Assembly: GCA_030696045.1 (NCBI GenBank)
Contig: JAUYNO010000055.1
Location: 46,175 to 110,174 of the forward strand
Direction: 5' to 3'
DNA length: 64,000 nt
DNA from: Stagnimonas sp.
GTDB taxonomy: Bacteria > Pseudomonadota > Gammaproteobacteria > Nevskiales > Nevskiaceae
Below are positions 37,561 through 49,637 of the stretch, piece after piece (the first letter of the stretch is position 1; every line of letters starts with the position of its first letter). Made by a program: the position numbers and the translations under genes. A model generated the notes under the pieces. That model saw only the letters and a list, made by a program, of their open reading frames with translations. It was not told where the DNA came from and ran no database searches.

Positions 37561-37605
37561 GCGCGCCCTTGAAAGTCGGCGGCTGTGATGGATGCCGATT
37601 CTCAG

Positions 37606-37690
37606 GCCGAGATGGCGGAATTGGTAGACGCACCAGTTTCAGGTACTGGCGAGTAACATCGTGGAGGTTCGAGTCCTCTTCTCGGCACCA
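37606..37690 (+). tRNA. tRNA-Leu (CAG)
   Basis: 85 nt; acceptor stem GCCGAGA/TCTCGGC plus ACCA, D-loop GG, anticodon arm CCAGT-TTCAGGT-ACTGG, long variable arm, T-loop GTTCGAG. Confidence 0.97.
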
Positions 37691-37698
37691 ATCAAAGG

Positions 37699-37722
37699 AA
37701 CCCGGCTCCGGCCGGGTTTTTT
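37699..37722 (+). terminator. Rho-independent terminator after tRNA-Leu
   Basis: AACCCGGC-TCCG-GCCGGGTT followed by TTTT. Confidence 0.85.
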
Positions 37723-37838
37723 GTTGGGCGACGATAAGTCGCAGCGCGCAGCGGGTCTGGTACTGGGGTTGCGCCGCGTTGCCGTTCAAAGGCCAGGGTT
37801 CCATCGATGGGCTGCGATGGCCTGGACAGTCCGGCCGG

Positions 37839-37880
37839 CGTGAACATGGTCACGTCAAATTTGCAGCGACGCTCTACAGT
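37839..37880 (+). promoter_or_regulatory. CRP/Clp-type box with candidate -10 (class II geometry) upstream of the TpsA gene
   Basis: CGTGA-ACATGG-TCACG (37839-37854) and TACAGT (37875-37880); the box centre lies about 41.5 bp from the inferred start near 37888. Confidence 0.5.
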
Positions 37881-37911
37881 AGCAGTCAAAGACCGCTTTG
37901 GGGAGGAGCAC

Positions 37912-40900
37912 ATGCAGGCCTGCCGGATTCCCTTTGCCCCTACGCCCTGGCGCCGGGCCCTGCTCGGTGGTGCCAGTGCCGCCGCCCTGCTGCCCTGGGC
38001 CGCGCTCGCCAACCCCAGCGGCGGCCAGGTGATCGCCGGCGACATCGCCTTCGCCAGCCCCGACGCCCAGACGCTCACCATCAGCCAGAACAGTCCCACC
38101 GCCGTCATCAACTGGCAGGACTTCTCCATCGGCGCCGGCGAGACGGTGGTCTTCAACCAGCTCTCCGCCGCCGCTGCCGTGCTCAACCGGGTCACCGGCG
38201 ATGTCCCCTCCAGCATTCTCGGACAGTTGTCCGGCAATGGCCGGGTGTTCCTGATCAACCCACGCGGCATCCTGTTCGGTGCCTCGGCGAATGTCGATGT
38301 CGGCTCCCTGGTCGCCAGCACCCTGGACCTCGCCGACGACGACTTCCTGCAGGGGCGCTACCTGTTCGCCGGCGATCCGGCCAGCGGCGAGGCGATCATC
38401 CAGGCCGGCGACATTGCGGTGGGCGACGGCGGCTTCGTGGTACTGGCCGCCGGCCAGGTCGAGAACTCCGGTCTGATCCAGGCGCGCCTGGGCAGTGTGG
38501 TACTGGCTTCCGGCGCGGCGCTGACGCTGGAACTCGGCGACGGCTTGGTCAGTTATGCCCTGGACCAGGGCGGCAGCGCCGAGTTGGCCGGCGTCCGCAA
38601 CCTCGACAGCGGCGTGATCGACGCGGCCGGCGGCCGCGTCTGGCTGGCGGCCCGCACCGCGCAGTCGCTGCTGACCACCGTGGTCAACAACCAGGGCCAG
38701 ATCGCGGCCCGCTCCATCGCCGAGAGCGGCGGCGAGATCTACCTGCTGGCCGACGGTGGCGGCCTGGACAGCAGTGGCGCGCTGGATGTCTCCAGCGATG
38801 GCAATGCCGCCACGGGCGGCCTGCTGCTGGCGGCGGGCGACACGGTGAATCTGCGCGGCACCGTCGCTATCGGTGCCGGCGGGCAGCTCCAGCTCGCCGC
38901 GACCAGGCTTCGCGTCGGCGCCGGCAACGATTGCCCGGACGCGATCTGCGAGACGCAGCTGGAAAGTCAGCTGCGGCAGGGCGTGGAAGTGCAACTGGCG
39001 GCGGCCGACAGCCTGAGCATCGCGGCGCTGGAAGACGGCCGGCTCGACGGTCGCTCGACCGAGGCCGGGACGCGCGGCGGCAGCCTCGCCCTCCACGCCG
39101 CAGGCGAGGGCCGGGCGATCGGTTTCGACCATACCGGGGATAGCATCGAACTCGACGGCAGCTTCCTGGCTTCGACCGCCGAGGCTTACGGCGGCAACAT
39201 CGACATCGGCTCGATCCACAGCGGTGTGTCCATCGGCATCGACGCCGGCCTGTACGGCCGCCTGGATGCCGGCGCCCTACAGGTCCACAACCAGACCGGC
39301 GCCGCGCAACTGAACCTGTATGCGGGCGAGGGCCTGAGCCTGGCTGCGATTGATGTCGAGGGCCATGTCGGCAGCCTTGCCAGCGAGGGCTACGAGCGCC
39401 TCGCCGGCGCCCAGGTACTGATCGGCAGCACCAACGGCGACATTGTCGTCACCGGACCGCTGCGGGTCTCCGGCGAGATTGAACAAGCCAGCGTCGGCGA
39501 CTCCACCCAGGTCCACGGCGCCGAGCTGCTGGTGAACGCCGAGTTCGCCAGCATCCGGCTGGACGGGCCGGTGGCGGTCGACGGCAGGATCGGCAGCGTG
39601 CAGGGCTTCGAGGAGTTGGCGGTCTGGGGCGCCAGCATCGAGCTCGACGCCGGCAGCGGCAGTGCCGCCATCGACGGCAGCCTGATGCTGGATGGTGAGA
39701 TCGGCGGGGTGACGACCCTCGGCAGCTCCGCGCTGGTGCAGGGCGCCAGCCTGCGGCTCGCCAGCCGGCTCGGCGATTCACGGCTGGGCGGCATGGCCTT
39801 GATCGAGGGCTCGGTGGACAGCGCGCAGACCGGTGCCTTCGCGAGCATCTCCGGCAGCGTGCTCGATCTCTCCAGCGAATTTGGCAATGTGCAGGTGCTG
39901 GCGCCGCTGACCGTCGACGGCCAGCTCGGCAGCGCCCAGGCCGGCCAGGGCAGCGAGTTCGCCGGCACCCAGGCCAGCTTCGAGGCGATCAGCAGCCTCG
40001 GCAACGAGCCTACGGCCATCGGCAGCGTCCACTTCGCCGGCGACGCCAGCTTCACCGGGCATATCGCCGAGGCGCAGGGTGGCGAGGCCAGCGGCGCCTT
40101 CGGCGCCTTCCTGCTGCTGCACGCGACCGCCGACAACCGGCTCGACGGCAAGCTGAGCCTCGATGGCCGCATTGATACGGTCGAGGCGGGTGACAGCTCC
40201 TATCTGATCGGCGCCTTCGGCACCCTGCTCTCGGACCAGGGCGATATCGGCCTGGGCGCGGCCGAGGTCATAGGCGTGATCGGCGCTGCTGAAACCGGCA
40301 ACTACGCCCAACTGACCGGGGCCGCGTTCTGGCTCGACACCAGCGGTGCGCAGCTCGATGTCGACGGCGCCGTGTTGGTCGACGGCCGGCTCGACCACAT
40401 CCAGTCCGGCCTGGGACTCGACGCCAACGGCTCCTATCTCTATCTCAACTCGCTGTTCGGCCGCACCCGGCTGGGCGGCCCGGTGTCGGTGCTCGGCACG
40501 CTGCAGAACCTGCAGGCCGGCAGCGGCCAGGCCGTGGGCTCGCAGCTGCTGACCGGCACCGGGTTCAGCGAGGGCTACGGCACCAACCTGGTGTTCGCGG
40601 GCAATCTCCTGCAGCGCGGCACGCTCGGCGACCTGCGCTTTACCGACACCGAAGCCAGCTCGACCGAGCTCGGCGGCGTGCTGCTTGATGCCGGCAGCTA
40701 CAGCCTGTCGTTCGCCGATATCCAGGCCGACAATCTGTTCGCCTACTTCGACTCGGACTCGGTCCTCGGCGACAGCCGGCTGGACATCGGCGGCTATGCC
40801 GAGCTGTTCTCACCATCGGTGCAGCCGACGCTGTCCGGCGGCAGCCTGGACATCCACGCCGGCGAGCTGTTCCTCAGCGCCAATACCGACTTCGAGACGC

Positions 40901-41934
40901 TGACCGCGACCACGCAGGGCGACCTGACGGTGTTCTTCGCCGAGGTCGGCGCCAGCCATCTGGCGCTGGCCGCCGGCGGCACGCTGCAACTGGAGATGGC
41001 CAGTCTCGCTGGCGACTCGGTGCAGCTCCAGGGCCAGGCGCTCTACAGCGATGCCGACTCCAGCATTGATGCCGGCGCGCTCGATGCCACCGCCAGCAGC
41101 ACCATCCTGTTCCAGGGCGCGGTGCGGGTCGGCAGCGGTCTGGCCGAGGACCTCGGCGACGCGGAGTTGCTGCGCCGGCTGGCGTTGGCAAGCCCCGAAC
41201 TGCTACCGGAGTCCCCGCAGCCGAACGCCTATTTTTCCGCGCCAACGGTAGGCCTGGCCCAGCTGAGCCTGTCCGGCGACTACCTGCACATCCGGTCCGA
41301 CTTCCTGTTCCTGGGCAGCCTGGAGTTTGCCCAGGCCGGCGGCTTCGTGCATCTGGAACCGCGCCTGAACCTGCCGCTGTTCGCCGAGAGCGTGGATGCC
41401 AACGTGCTCGGCGACGCGGCCAGCAAGATCCCACTGAACCGCGGTCGCATCCAGCCCAATATCGGCAGCCTGAGCTCTGTGCTCGGCGAACTGCCACGGA
41501 TCGGCGACGATGCCCAGCGCGCGGGCAGCCAGCTCAACTTCGTGGTGGGCGAGCAACTGCCGAGCCTGAGCGAACTGATCCTGGGCAGCGGCCTGCGCGA
41601 CAGCACCCTGGTGATCGGTGGCAGCGGCTATCGCGCCAGCATCCAGATCAGCGACCAGCTCGACGTCGATGTACGGCCGTCAAACACCCATTTCGTGCTG
41701 GCGACCCAGGCGGGAATCCTGGGCAGCGAGCGCATCCTCACCGACGGCCAGGTCGTGATTCTGGACGGCACGGTGTTCAGCGACCGCGACGCCTTCTACG
41801 GCCAGGCCGCCGACGAGATCAACAGCTTCTATCAGAACCTCGGCAGCGACCCGTCGTCGGCGGATGAGGACGAAGACGAGGCCACGACCGAGAAGGACGA
41901 CAGCCAGGAGCAGGCCTGCGAGGCGGCGACCTGA
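37912..41934 (+). CDS. Filamentous haemagglutinin N-terminal (TPS) domain exoprotein, TpsA-like
   Basis: ATG 37912 with GGGGAGGAG SD; signal peptide; TPS domain ANPSGGQV...INWQDFSI...VLNRVTG...[11 protein letters not shown]; Gly-rich beta-helix repeats; acidic C-terminus ending QACEAAT. Confidence 0.88.
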   Translation: MQACRIPFAPTPWRRALLGGASAAALLPWAALANPSGGQVIAGDIAFASPDAQTLTISQNSPTAVINWQDFSIGAGETVVFNQLSAAAAVLNRVTGDVPSSILGQLSGNGRVFLINPRGILFGASANVDVGSLVASTLDLADDDFLQGRYLFAGDPASGEAIIQAGDIAVGDGGFVVLAAGQVENSGLIQARLGSVVLASGAALTLELGDGLVSYALDQGGSAELAGVRNLDSGVIDAAGGRVWLAARTAQSLLTTVVNNQGQIAARSIAESGGEIYLLADGGGLDSSGALDVSSDGNAATGGLLLAAGDTVNLRGTVAIGAGGQLQLAATRLRVGAGNDCPDAICETQLESQLRQGVEVQLAAADSLSIAALEDGRLDGRSTEAGTRGGSLALHAAGEGRAIGFDHTGDSIELDGSFLASTAEAYGGNIDIGSIHSGVSIGIDAGLYGRLDAGALQVHNQTGAAQLNLYAGEGLSLAAIDVEGHVGSLASEGYERLAGAQVLIGSTNGDIVVTGPLRVSGEIEQASVGDSTQVHGAELLVNAEFASIRLDGPVAVDGRIGSVQGFEELAVWGASIELDAGSGSAAIDGSLMLDGEIGGVTTLGSSALVQGASLRLASRLGDSRLGGMALIEGSVDSAQTGAFASISGSVLDLSSEFGNVQVLAPLTVDGQLGSAQAGQGSEFAGTQASFEAISSLGNEPTAIGSVHFAGDASFTGHIAEAQGGEASGAFGAFLLLHATADNRLDGKLSLDGRIDTVEAGDSSYLIGAFGTLLSDQGDIGLGAAEVIGVIGAAETGNYAQLTGAAFWLDTSGAQLDVDGAVLVDGRLDHIQSGLGLDANGSYLYLNSLFGRTRLGGPVSVLGTLQNLQAGSGQAVGSQLLTGTGFSEGYGTNLVFAGNLLQRGTLGDLRFTDTEASSTELGGVLLDAGSYSLSFADIQADNLFAYFDSDSVLGDSRLDIGGYAELFSPSVQPTLSGGSLDIHAGELFLSANTDFETLTATTQGDLTVFFAEVGASHLALAAGGTLQLEMASLAGDSVQLQGQALYSDADSSIDAGALDATASSTILFQGAVRVGSGLAEDLGDAELLRRLALASPELLPESPQPNAYFSAPTVGLAQLSLSGDYLHIRSDFLFLGSLEFAQAGGFVHLEPRLNLPLFAESVDANVLGDAASKIPLNRGRIQPNIGSLSSVLGELPRIGDDAQRAGSQLNFVVGEQLPSLSELILGSGLRDSTLVIGGSGYRASIQISDQLDVDVRPSNTHFVLATQAGILGSERILTDGQVVILDGTVFSDRDAFYGQAADEINSFYQNLGSDPSSADEDEDEATTEKDDSQEQACEAAT

Positions 41935-41943
41935 TCGACGAAA

Positions 41944-43290
<1,347 letters not shown>

Positions 43291-43304
43291 TTAACCAATA
43301 GCGC

Positions 43305-44303
43305 TCAGGTCATCGACCCGAGTCTGAGCAATTCATTGACGTCAGCCGAGAAGCCGGTCGCCGGTCGCGCCAGCCCGAACTCACCACCGACACCATCGTA
43401 CCGACCGCCACGCGCCAGTTCGCGACCGTGGCCGGGCGCGAACAGCGCGAAGGTCAGACCGGTGTGATAGCGCGCGCCGCGCAACTCGGCGAGGTCCAGG
43501 TGCAGGGGCAGCGCCGGGTGCTGCTTCGTCACCGAGGCAATGACCGCTTCCAGTGTCGCCAATGCCGTCGCCACGCCCTCGCCATACCGGGACAGCGTGC
43601 GACGCGCGGTTTGCAGCACCGTGACATCACCGTGCAGGGTGGTGAGCGCCTGCAGCGCTTCGGCCGCCGAGGCGGCAATGCCCAGGCTGGCGGCGAAGCC
43701 AAGCAGTTCCGGCCGCGACTTGCGCTGCAGGATGTCGAACAGCGCGGTCTCGTCCCCGGCCGACAAGGCCAGCTGTTCGACCACGGCGCGGTAGACACCG
43801 ACATGGCCGAGATCGAGATGCACCTCGGCGACACCCGCCAGCCGCAGGGTGTGCAACATCAAGGACAGCACTTCCAGATCCGCCGACAGCGCGCTAGCCC
43901 CGGGCGGCGTGCCGAACAGCTCGCAACCGACCTGACGCGGCGAGCGCGGGCCGCCGAGCGCATCCGGGCGGGTGCGCAGCACGGTGCCGAGATAGCAGAG
44001 ACGCACCACCGGCTGGTCGGCGAAATGACGCGCGGCGATGCGGGCGGCCTGCGGCGTCATGTCGCTGCGCAGGCCCAGCAGGCGACCGCTGGCCGGATCG
44101 GTGAGCTTGAAGGTGAGACTGTCGAGATCGGTGCCGGCACCGGTCAGCAGCGAGTCGAGGTGCTCCAGGAACGGCGGCAGGATCAGCTCGTAGCCGGCAC
44201 CGCGATAGTGGTCGAGCAGGGCGCGGCGCAGGCTCTCGGCCCGCCAGGCCTGCTGCGGCAGGGATTCTTCCATGCCGTCCGGCAACATCCAGAGTTTGCT
44301 CAT
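43305..44303 (-). CDS. hisZ: ATP phosphoribosyltransferase regulatory subunit
   Basis: WMLPDGMEE, LRSDMTPQAARI, RLCYLG, QVGCELFG, GGRYD, ATGFS; conserved position before purA. Confidence 0.93.
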   Translation of the reverse strand: MSKLWMLPDGMEESLPQQAWRAESLRRALLDHYRGAGYELILPPFLEHLDSLLTGAGTDLDSLTFKLTDPASGRLLGLRSDMTPQAARIAARHFADQPVVRLCYLGTVLRTRPDALGGPRSPRQVGCELFGTPPGASALSADLEVLSLMLHTLRLAGVAEVHLDLGHVGVYRAVVEQLALSAGDETALFDILQRKSRPELLGFAASLGIAASAAEALQALTTLHGDVTVLQTARRTLSRYGEGVATALATLEAVIASVTKQHPALPLHLDLAELRGARYHTGLTFALFAPGHGRELARGGRYDGVGGEFGLARPATGFSADVNELLRLGSMT

Positions 44304-44494
44304 GGCGTCGAACTTAGAAAGTGCAGCAGGCCGGCGCCCAGCAGCAGGGCAACCAGCCCGAAACCGCGCAGCAGGCGGTCGTCGAGACTGGCGGCGCGCA
44401 GCATCGATTCGCGGAAACGGCCCGGCGACAGGAAGGGCAGCAGACCTTCAATCACCATCACCAAGGCCAGCGCGCGCAGGAAATCATCGGCCAC
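44300..44494 (-). CDS. DUF2065 family small membrane protein
   Basis: ALALVMVIEGLLPFLSPGRFR...LRGFG; conserved position after hflC. Confidence 0.9.
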   Translation of the reverse strand: MADDFLRALALVMVIEGLLPFLSPGRFRESMLRAASLDDRLLRGFGLVALLLGAGLLHFLSSTP

Positions 44495-44503
44495 CGCGCC
44501 TCC

Positions 44504-45367
44504 TTACTTTCCGTCCTTGAAGGTGCGGAAGAACTCGCCCTTGGGCTCCAGCACCATCACGTCGCCGACGCCGAAGGAATCCCGGTAGGCCGAGAGCGAG
44601 CGGTAGAAGCGGTAGAACTCCACGTCGGCACCATAGGCCCGGGCATAGATCTCCGCCGCCTTGGCATCGCCCTCGCCGCGCAGCTTCTCGGCGTCACGGT
44701 AGGCGTTGGCGACGGTGACCTGCGCCTCGCGGTCGGCTTCGGCGCGGATCTTCTCGGCCTCCTCGGCGCCGCGTGCGCGGAAGTCCGAGGCGATGCGCGC
44801 GCGCTCGGCGCGCATGCGGTCGTACACCGCGTTGGAGACGTTCTGCGGCAGGTTGATGGACTTGATGCGGACATCGACGATCTCGACGCCCAGCTCCTTC
44901 ACCTTCTCGACCACGCCCTTTTCCAGCTCCTGCATCATCTGGTCGCGCTGGCTGTCGACCGCCTGCTGGATGGTGCGCGAGCCGAACTGGTCACGCAGGC
45001 CACGATTGACGATGGAGGAGAGCCGGTCCGCCGCCACCAGTTCCTGGCCGCCGGTGGAGCGGTAGTACTGGAGCGCGTCGGCGATGCGCCATTTGACGTA
45101 GAAGTCGACCTCGAGGTTCTTCTTCTCGACGGTCAGGAAATTCTCGGTCTGGTTGTCGAGCGTCAGGGTGCGGCCGTCGAACTTCTTCACAGACTGAATG
45201 AAGGGCAGCTTGAAGTGCAGGCCCGGCTCGAACTCGTAGGACTTCACCGCCGAGAGCTGGAACAGGATGGCGCGCTGGCGCTGGTCGATGATGAAGGTGG
45301 AATTGGCGACGGCCAGCGCGAGCAGCGCTAGCAGGCCGATGACGATAAGGCTACGGTCCTGATTCAT
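44504..45367 (-). CDS. hflC: FtsH protease modulator HflC
   Basis: SPFH domain; PGLHFKLPF, VYDRMRAER, FYRFYRSL. Confidence 0.97.
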   Translation of the reverse strand: MNQDRSLIVIGLLALLALAVANSTFIIDQRQRAILFQLSAVKSYEFEPGLHFKLPFIQSVKKFDGRTLTLDNQTENFLTVEKKNLEVDFYVKWRIADALQYYRSTGGQELVAADRLSSIVNRGLRDQFGSRTIQQAVDSQRDQMMQELEKGVVEKVKELGVEIVDVRIKSINLPQNVSNAVYDRMRAERARIASDFRARGAEEAEKIRAEADREAQVTVANAYRDAEKLRGEGDAKAAEIYARAYGADVEFYRFYRSLSAYRDSFGVGDVMVLEPKGEFFRTFKDGK

Positions 45368-46488
45368 CAGCGGCTCCGGTCACGCGCGCGGCTGGCGTCG
45401 TAGGGATCGGGTCGCGGCGTCGGCGCCGGCTCGACGCCCACGGCGGGTGCGACCAGCTTGGGCTGGTTCTTGAGCAGCTGGTCCAGCGGCAGATAGATCA
45501 TCGGCGAACCCTTGTCGACATCGACCACCACCTTGCTGGTCTTGCGCATCACCTCGTTCATGGTGTCGAGGTAGAGCCGCTCGCGGGTGACCTGCGGAGC
45601 CTTGCGGTACTCACCGACCAGCGAGGTGAAGCGGGCGGCGTCGCCGGTGGCCTTGGCGACGATCTGCTCGCGGTAGGCGGTGGCCTCCGCCAGTTCGCGG
45701 GCGGCTGCGCCGCGCGAACGCGGCAGCCGCTCGTTGGCATCGGCCTGGGCCTCGTTCTTCAAGCGCTCCAGGTCCTCGCGGGCCTTGGTGACTTCGGCGA
45801 AGGAGGCCTGCACCGCCTCGGGCGGCTGCACGTCCTTGAGATTGACCTCGTTGACCAGCAGGCCAGTCTTGTACTCCTCCAGGCGCTCCTGCAGCAGCTG
45901 CTTGGTGCGGTCGGCAATGGCTTCGCGACCGTCGGTGAGGATGTAGTCCATCTTGTTCTGCCCCACCACCTCGCGCACCGCCGACTTGGTGGCCTGGCGC
46001 AGGGTGAGGTCGGGATCGGCGACGTTGACCACGTAGTCCTTGGCGTCGCTGACTCGGTACTGCACCGAGAGCTCGACGTCGACGATGTTCTCGTCCTGGG
46101 TCAGCATGGTGGCGCGGTCGGTGACGTTGCGGACGCCGGTGAGATTGACCTTCTCATGACTCTCGATCGGCCAGGGCAGGTGCCAGCGCAGACCCGGCTC
46201 AGTGGTGCCGACATAGGCGCCGAACCGGAACACCACCGCGCGCTGCTGCTCATCCACCGAATAGAAGCCGGACAGCACCCACAGCAGGGCAATCAGGCCG
46301 GCGATCAGACCGGCGCCGCCGGCGATGGGCAGACTGGGGCCGCTCTTGCCGCCACCGCCGCCCTTGCCGGAGAAGCGGGCCTTGAAGCGCTTGAGCATCT
46401 CGTCGAGGTCGGGCGGCCCCGGTTGCTTGCCCTTGCCGCCCTGATTCCAGGGGTCGCGGTTGCCCGGCCCCGGTTCATTCCATGCCAT
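45367..46488 (-). CDS. hflK: FtsH protease modulator HflK
   Basis: Start moved to ATG 46488 (MAWNEPG...DPW, PPDLDE); PGLRWHLPWP, MLTQDENIV, APQVTRERLYLDTM. Confidence 0.97.
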   Translation of the reverse strand: MAWNEPGPGNRDPWNQGGKGKQPGPPDLDEMLKRFKARFSGKGGGGGKSGPSLPIAGGAGLIAGLIALLWVLSGFYSVDEQQRAVVFRFGAYVGTTEPGLRWHLPWPIESHEKVNLTGVRNVTDRATMLTQDENIVDVELSVQYRVSDAKDYVVNVADPDLTLRQATKSAVREVVGQNKMDYILTDGREAIADRTKQLLQERLEEYKTGLLVNEVNLKDVQPPEAVQASFAEVTKAREDLERLKNEAQADANERLPRSRGAAARELAEATAYREQIVAKATGDAARFTSLVGEYRKAPQVTRERLYLDTMNEVMRKTSKVVVDVDKGSPMIYLPLDQLLKNQPKLVAPAVGVEPAPTPRPDPYDASRARDRSR

Positions 46489-46558
46489 TGACTGTCTCGA
46501 TTGCTGAGTTTCCCGTGCGGCTGCCTCACCGCCGGATGCGGGCATTCCTGAAAGCGGG

Positions 46559-47905
46559 TCAGGCCCGGCGATGAGCCTTGCCGGCGCCACCGCTCTCCCA
46601 GGATTCTAGAGGTCGGTCGGCAGCCGCGCCATTTGCCGGCACGCCCGCCTCCCGACAGATACGTTCATAACGTGGACGCGGCAGCCGCAACTTCAAGTGC
46701 GAGACACCGGTCTCATCAACCTGTTCGTCCTGCACCGCGTTGGCGGCATAGAGCAGCGCGCGCAGCTTGCCCTGTGCCGGCGTCAGCCTGACCTCGCCCT
46801 CGAACAGGTCGGGGAAGATCAGTTCCGACAGCACTTCGCGCAGCGCGTCCAGGCCTTCGCCGGTCTTGGCCGACAGGAATACCCGCCGTGGCCGGCCAGT
46901 CTCGTCGCGCTCGACCCGCGCCGGTTCGTCCTCGCGCAGGTCGATCTTGTTGAACACCAGCAGCGCCGGCACCTCGTCGGCCTCGATCTCCTGCAGCACC
47001 GCGTTCACCTGCTCGATGCGGGTGGCGCGCTCGGGATCGGCGGCATCCAGCACGTGCAGCAGCAGGTCGGCCTCGCGTGCCTCTTCCAGGGTGGCGCGGA
47101 AAGCCGCGACCAGGTCGTGCGGCAGGTCGCGGATGAAGCCGACGGTGTCGGCGAGCAGGATTTCCTGGTCGGCCGGCAGCTGCAGCTTGCGGATGGTGGT
47201 GTCGAGCGTCGCGAACAGCTGGTCGGCGGCGTAGGCCGTGGCGCCGGTCATGCTGTTGAACAGGGTGCTCTTGCCGGCATTGGTATAGCCGACGATGGAT
47301 ACCAGCGGCGTCTCGTTGCGCTTGCGGGCACGGCGCGACAGCGCGCGGTGGCGCTTCACGTCGGCCAGGTCGCGCTTGAGCTTGTCGATGCGGCCGCGCA
47401 CCAGACGGCGGTCCATTTCGAGCTGGGTTTCACCCGGGCCGCGCATGCCGATACCACCGCCCTGGCGCTCAAGGTGAGTCCAGCCGCGCACCAGCCGGGT
47501 CGACAGGTGATGCAGCTGGGCCAGCTCGACCTGCAGCTTGCCCTCGTGGGTGCGGGCGCGGCGCGCGAAGATATCGAGGATCAGACCCGCCCGTGACAGC
47601 ACGCGGCACTTGAGCAGGCGCTCAAGATTGCGCTCCTGGCTGGGCGAGAGGTCGTGATTGAAGATCGCCACCTCGGCCTCGCCCGCCGCCACGGCCGCCG
47701 CCGCTTCCTCGGCCTTGCCGGAGCCGATGAACAGGCCGGCGTCCGGCTTGATCCGCGAGCCACCGAGGAAGGCGACGATCTCGGCACCGGCCGAACGCGC
47801 CAGCTCCTGGAACTCGGCGCGGTCCGACACATAGTCGGTACCCGGCAGTTCCAGGTGGACCAGCACGGCTTTCTGCCCGCCACGCGGGCGTTCGATGAAC
47901 TTCAG
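46559..47905 (-). CDS. hflX: Ribosome rescue GTPase HflX
   Basis: GYTNAGKST, DQLFATLD, DTVGFI, NKID. The in-frame N-terminus (KFIERPRGGQKAVLVH) extends to a CTG at 47905 preceded by GGAG. Confidence 0.95.
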   Translation of the reverse strand: MKFIERPRGGQKAVLVHLELPGTDYVSDRAEFQELARSAGAEIVAFLGGSRIKPDAGLFIGSGKAEEAAAAVAAGEAEVAIFNHDLSPSQERNLERLLKCRVLSRAGLILDIFARRARTHEGKLQVELAQLHHLSTRLVRGWTHLERQGGGIGMRGPGETQLEMDRRLVRGRIDKLKRDLADVKRHRALSRRARKRNETPLVSIVGYTNAGKSTLFNSMTGATAYAADQLFATLDTTIRKLQLPADQEILLADTVGFIRDLPHDLVAAFRATLEEAREADLLLHVLDAADPERATRIEQVNAVLQEIEADEVPALLVFNKIDLREDEPARVERDETGRPRRVFLSAKTGEGLDALREVLSELIFPDLFEGEVRLTPAQGKLRALLYAANAVQDEQVDETGVSHLKLRLPRPRYERICREAGVPANGAAADRPLESWESGGAGKAHRRA

Positions 47906-47945
47906 CGAAAAACTCCGCGGCCGACGAAGGCCGTGTCAGACCGAA

Positions 47946-48200
47946 TTAGGCAGCCGGTGTGGCGGCAGCCTCGTCGCCCTCGGTCTCGGCCAGGCGCACG
48001 GCACGGGCCGGCACGATGGTGGAGATCGCGTGCTTGTAGACCATCTGGCTCACGGTGTTGCGCAGCAGCACCACGAACTGGTCGAAGGATTCGACGTGGC
48101 CCTGCAGCTTGATGCCGTTGACGAGGTAGATGGAGACCGGAATGCGTTCCTTGCGCAGGGCATTGAGGAACGGTTCCTGAAGGGTTTGGCCTTTGGACAT
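47946..48200 (-). CDS. hfq: RNA chaperone Hfq
   Basis: [34 protein letters not shown]...[10 protein letters not shown]. Confidence 0.99.
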   Translation of the reverse strand: MSKGQTLQEPFLNALRKERIPVSIYLVNGIKLQGHVESFDQFVVLLRNTVSQMVYKHAISTIVPARAVRLAETEGDEAAATPAA

Positions 48201-48299
48201 GGCGACTTCCTTTTGTTGTAGTTGCTGATTGTCGTGGGCTTGCCGAAGTAGAGACGGCCGGCAAGCAAGTCTGGATTTTACCACGAGGTGTAATGCCGC

Positions 48300-49274
48300 T
48301 TACGCCGCCCCGCGCAGCCTTTCGACCACCCGCGCCAACGCCGCCCCGCCTGCCCTCGGATCAATCCACTCGGTATCGGCCTCGCTGCGCAGCCAGGTGA
48401 TCTGGCGCTTGGCGTATTGCCGGGTCGCGACGACTCCCCGCTCGACAGCCTCGCTGAGACTGCCGCGACCGTCCAAATGTTCCCAAAGCTGTCGATATCC
48501 CACCGCGCGGATGGCCGGCAGCGCGGGATCGAGGTCGCCACGGGCGCGCAAGGCACGCACTTCGTCGAGGAAGCCAGCCGCCATCATCTGCCGGAAGCGG
48601 CGCTCAATCGCAGCATGCAAGACCTCGCGCTCGGGCGGCATCAGGGCCAGCTTGACCAGCGGTCCCGGCAGGCCCTCGCTGCGTGGCGCGGCCCAGTGCT
48701 CGGAGCGCGAACGGCCGCTGAGTTCGAGGATCTCCAGTGCGCGCTGGATGCGCTGCTGGTCCATGGGCTTGATCTTGGCGCCGGCTTCCGGGTCCAGCGC
48801 CGCCAGTCGTTCATGCAGGGCCGGCCAGCCCAGCTCGGCGGCCTCGGCCTCCAGCCGCGCGCGTACCGCCGGATCAGCCGCCGGCAGTTCCGACAGACCG
48901 TACTGCAGGGCCCGGAAGTAGAGGCTGGTGCCGCCGACCAGGATCGGCAGCCGTCCGCGCGCCCGGCTGGCCGCCACCAGTGCCAGCGCATCCACGCGGA
49001 AGCGCGCTGCCGAATAGCTTTCGGCCGGATCGAGGATGTCGATCAGGGCATGCGGCACCCGCGCCAGCGTCGCGGCGTCCGGCTTGGCGGTGCCGATGTC
49101 CATCTGCCGGAACACCTGGGCCGAATCGACGCTGACCAGATCGGCACCCGCCCAGGGCAACCGCCCGGCCTCGGCTTCCGCGTGCAGGGCCAGCGCCAGG
49201 CCGGTCTTGCCGGAGGCGGTGGGGCCCATCAGGAACAGTGCTGGGATGGCGTTTTCGCGCGGTGACAGGCTCAT
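48300..49274 (-). CDS. miaA: tRNA dimethylallyltransferase
   Basis: [49 protein letters not shown]. Confidence 0.98.
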   Translation of the reverse strand: MSLSPRENAIPALFLMGPTASGKTGLALALHAEAEAGRLPWAGADLVSVDSAQVFRQMDIGTAKPDAATLARVPHALIDILDPAESYSAARFRVDALALVAASRARGRLPILVGGTSLYFRALQYGLSELPAADPAVRARLEAEAAELGWPALHERLAALDPEAGAKIKPMDQQRIQRALEILELSGRSRSEHWAAPRSEGLPGPLVKLALMPPEREVLHAAIERRFRQMMAAGFLDEVRALRARGDLDPALPAIRAVGYRQLWEHLDGRGSLSEAVERGVVATRQYAKRQITWLRSEADTEWIDPRAGGAALARVVERLRGAA

Positions 49275-49341
49275 GCCATCACCTTAGCCCAGAGCTGCCC
49301 AGCCGGCGCGATTTGCGGTAAAACGCTCGGCGCTGCGCTCC

Positions 49342-49612
49342 AGGGCCTGTTCACCATTAAATGATCGCTGCGGCCGAAGGCTGTTTTGGGGCAGTGCGAG
49401 GAAGGCAGAGAGCGGCAATAGTGGTTCTATTGCCCTCTCTGCCTGACGTAGCAATGCCCCAAAACAGTCCGGCCCCGAAGGGTTGCGGCCAAAACCGCGC
49501 ATTGCTTCGTTGCGAGACTAGCGAAGGTGAGCCACCCTTCGCGTCGTCTCGCGCCTCGCACTGCGCGGTTTTGACCTGCAACGCAGCGACCATTTAATGG
49601 TGAACAGGCCCT
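49342..49612. mobile_element. MITE (271 bp) with 22-bp perfect TIRs (31 bp with one mismatch)
   Basis: AGGGCCTGTTCACCATTAAATG (49342-49363) and CATTTAATGGTGAACAGGCCCT (49591-49612). Two long internal hairpins (CTGTTTTGGGGC...GCCCCAAAACAG; CAAAACCGCGCA...TGCGCGGTTTTG); no transposase. Confidence 0.8.
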
Positions 49613-49637
49613 AACAATGACAACAAGGAGAGGTCCG

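Noticed and set aside
37606-41934. Genomic island integrated at tRNA-Leu carrying the TpsA gene
   Set aside because: No integrase, no duplicated tRNA 3' end seen, and composition resembles the backbone; purA follows directly.
37912-41934. TpsA as a CdiA contact-dependent toxin
   Set aside because: No VENN or DUF637-like pre-toxin region, no recognisable toxin domain, and no downstream immunity ORF (purA stop lies 9 bp after the end).
43305-44303. HisZ shorter than typical, possible pseudogene
   Set aside because: All synthetase-like core motifs are present through ATGFS, there are no internal stops, and loss of the C-terminal domain is common.
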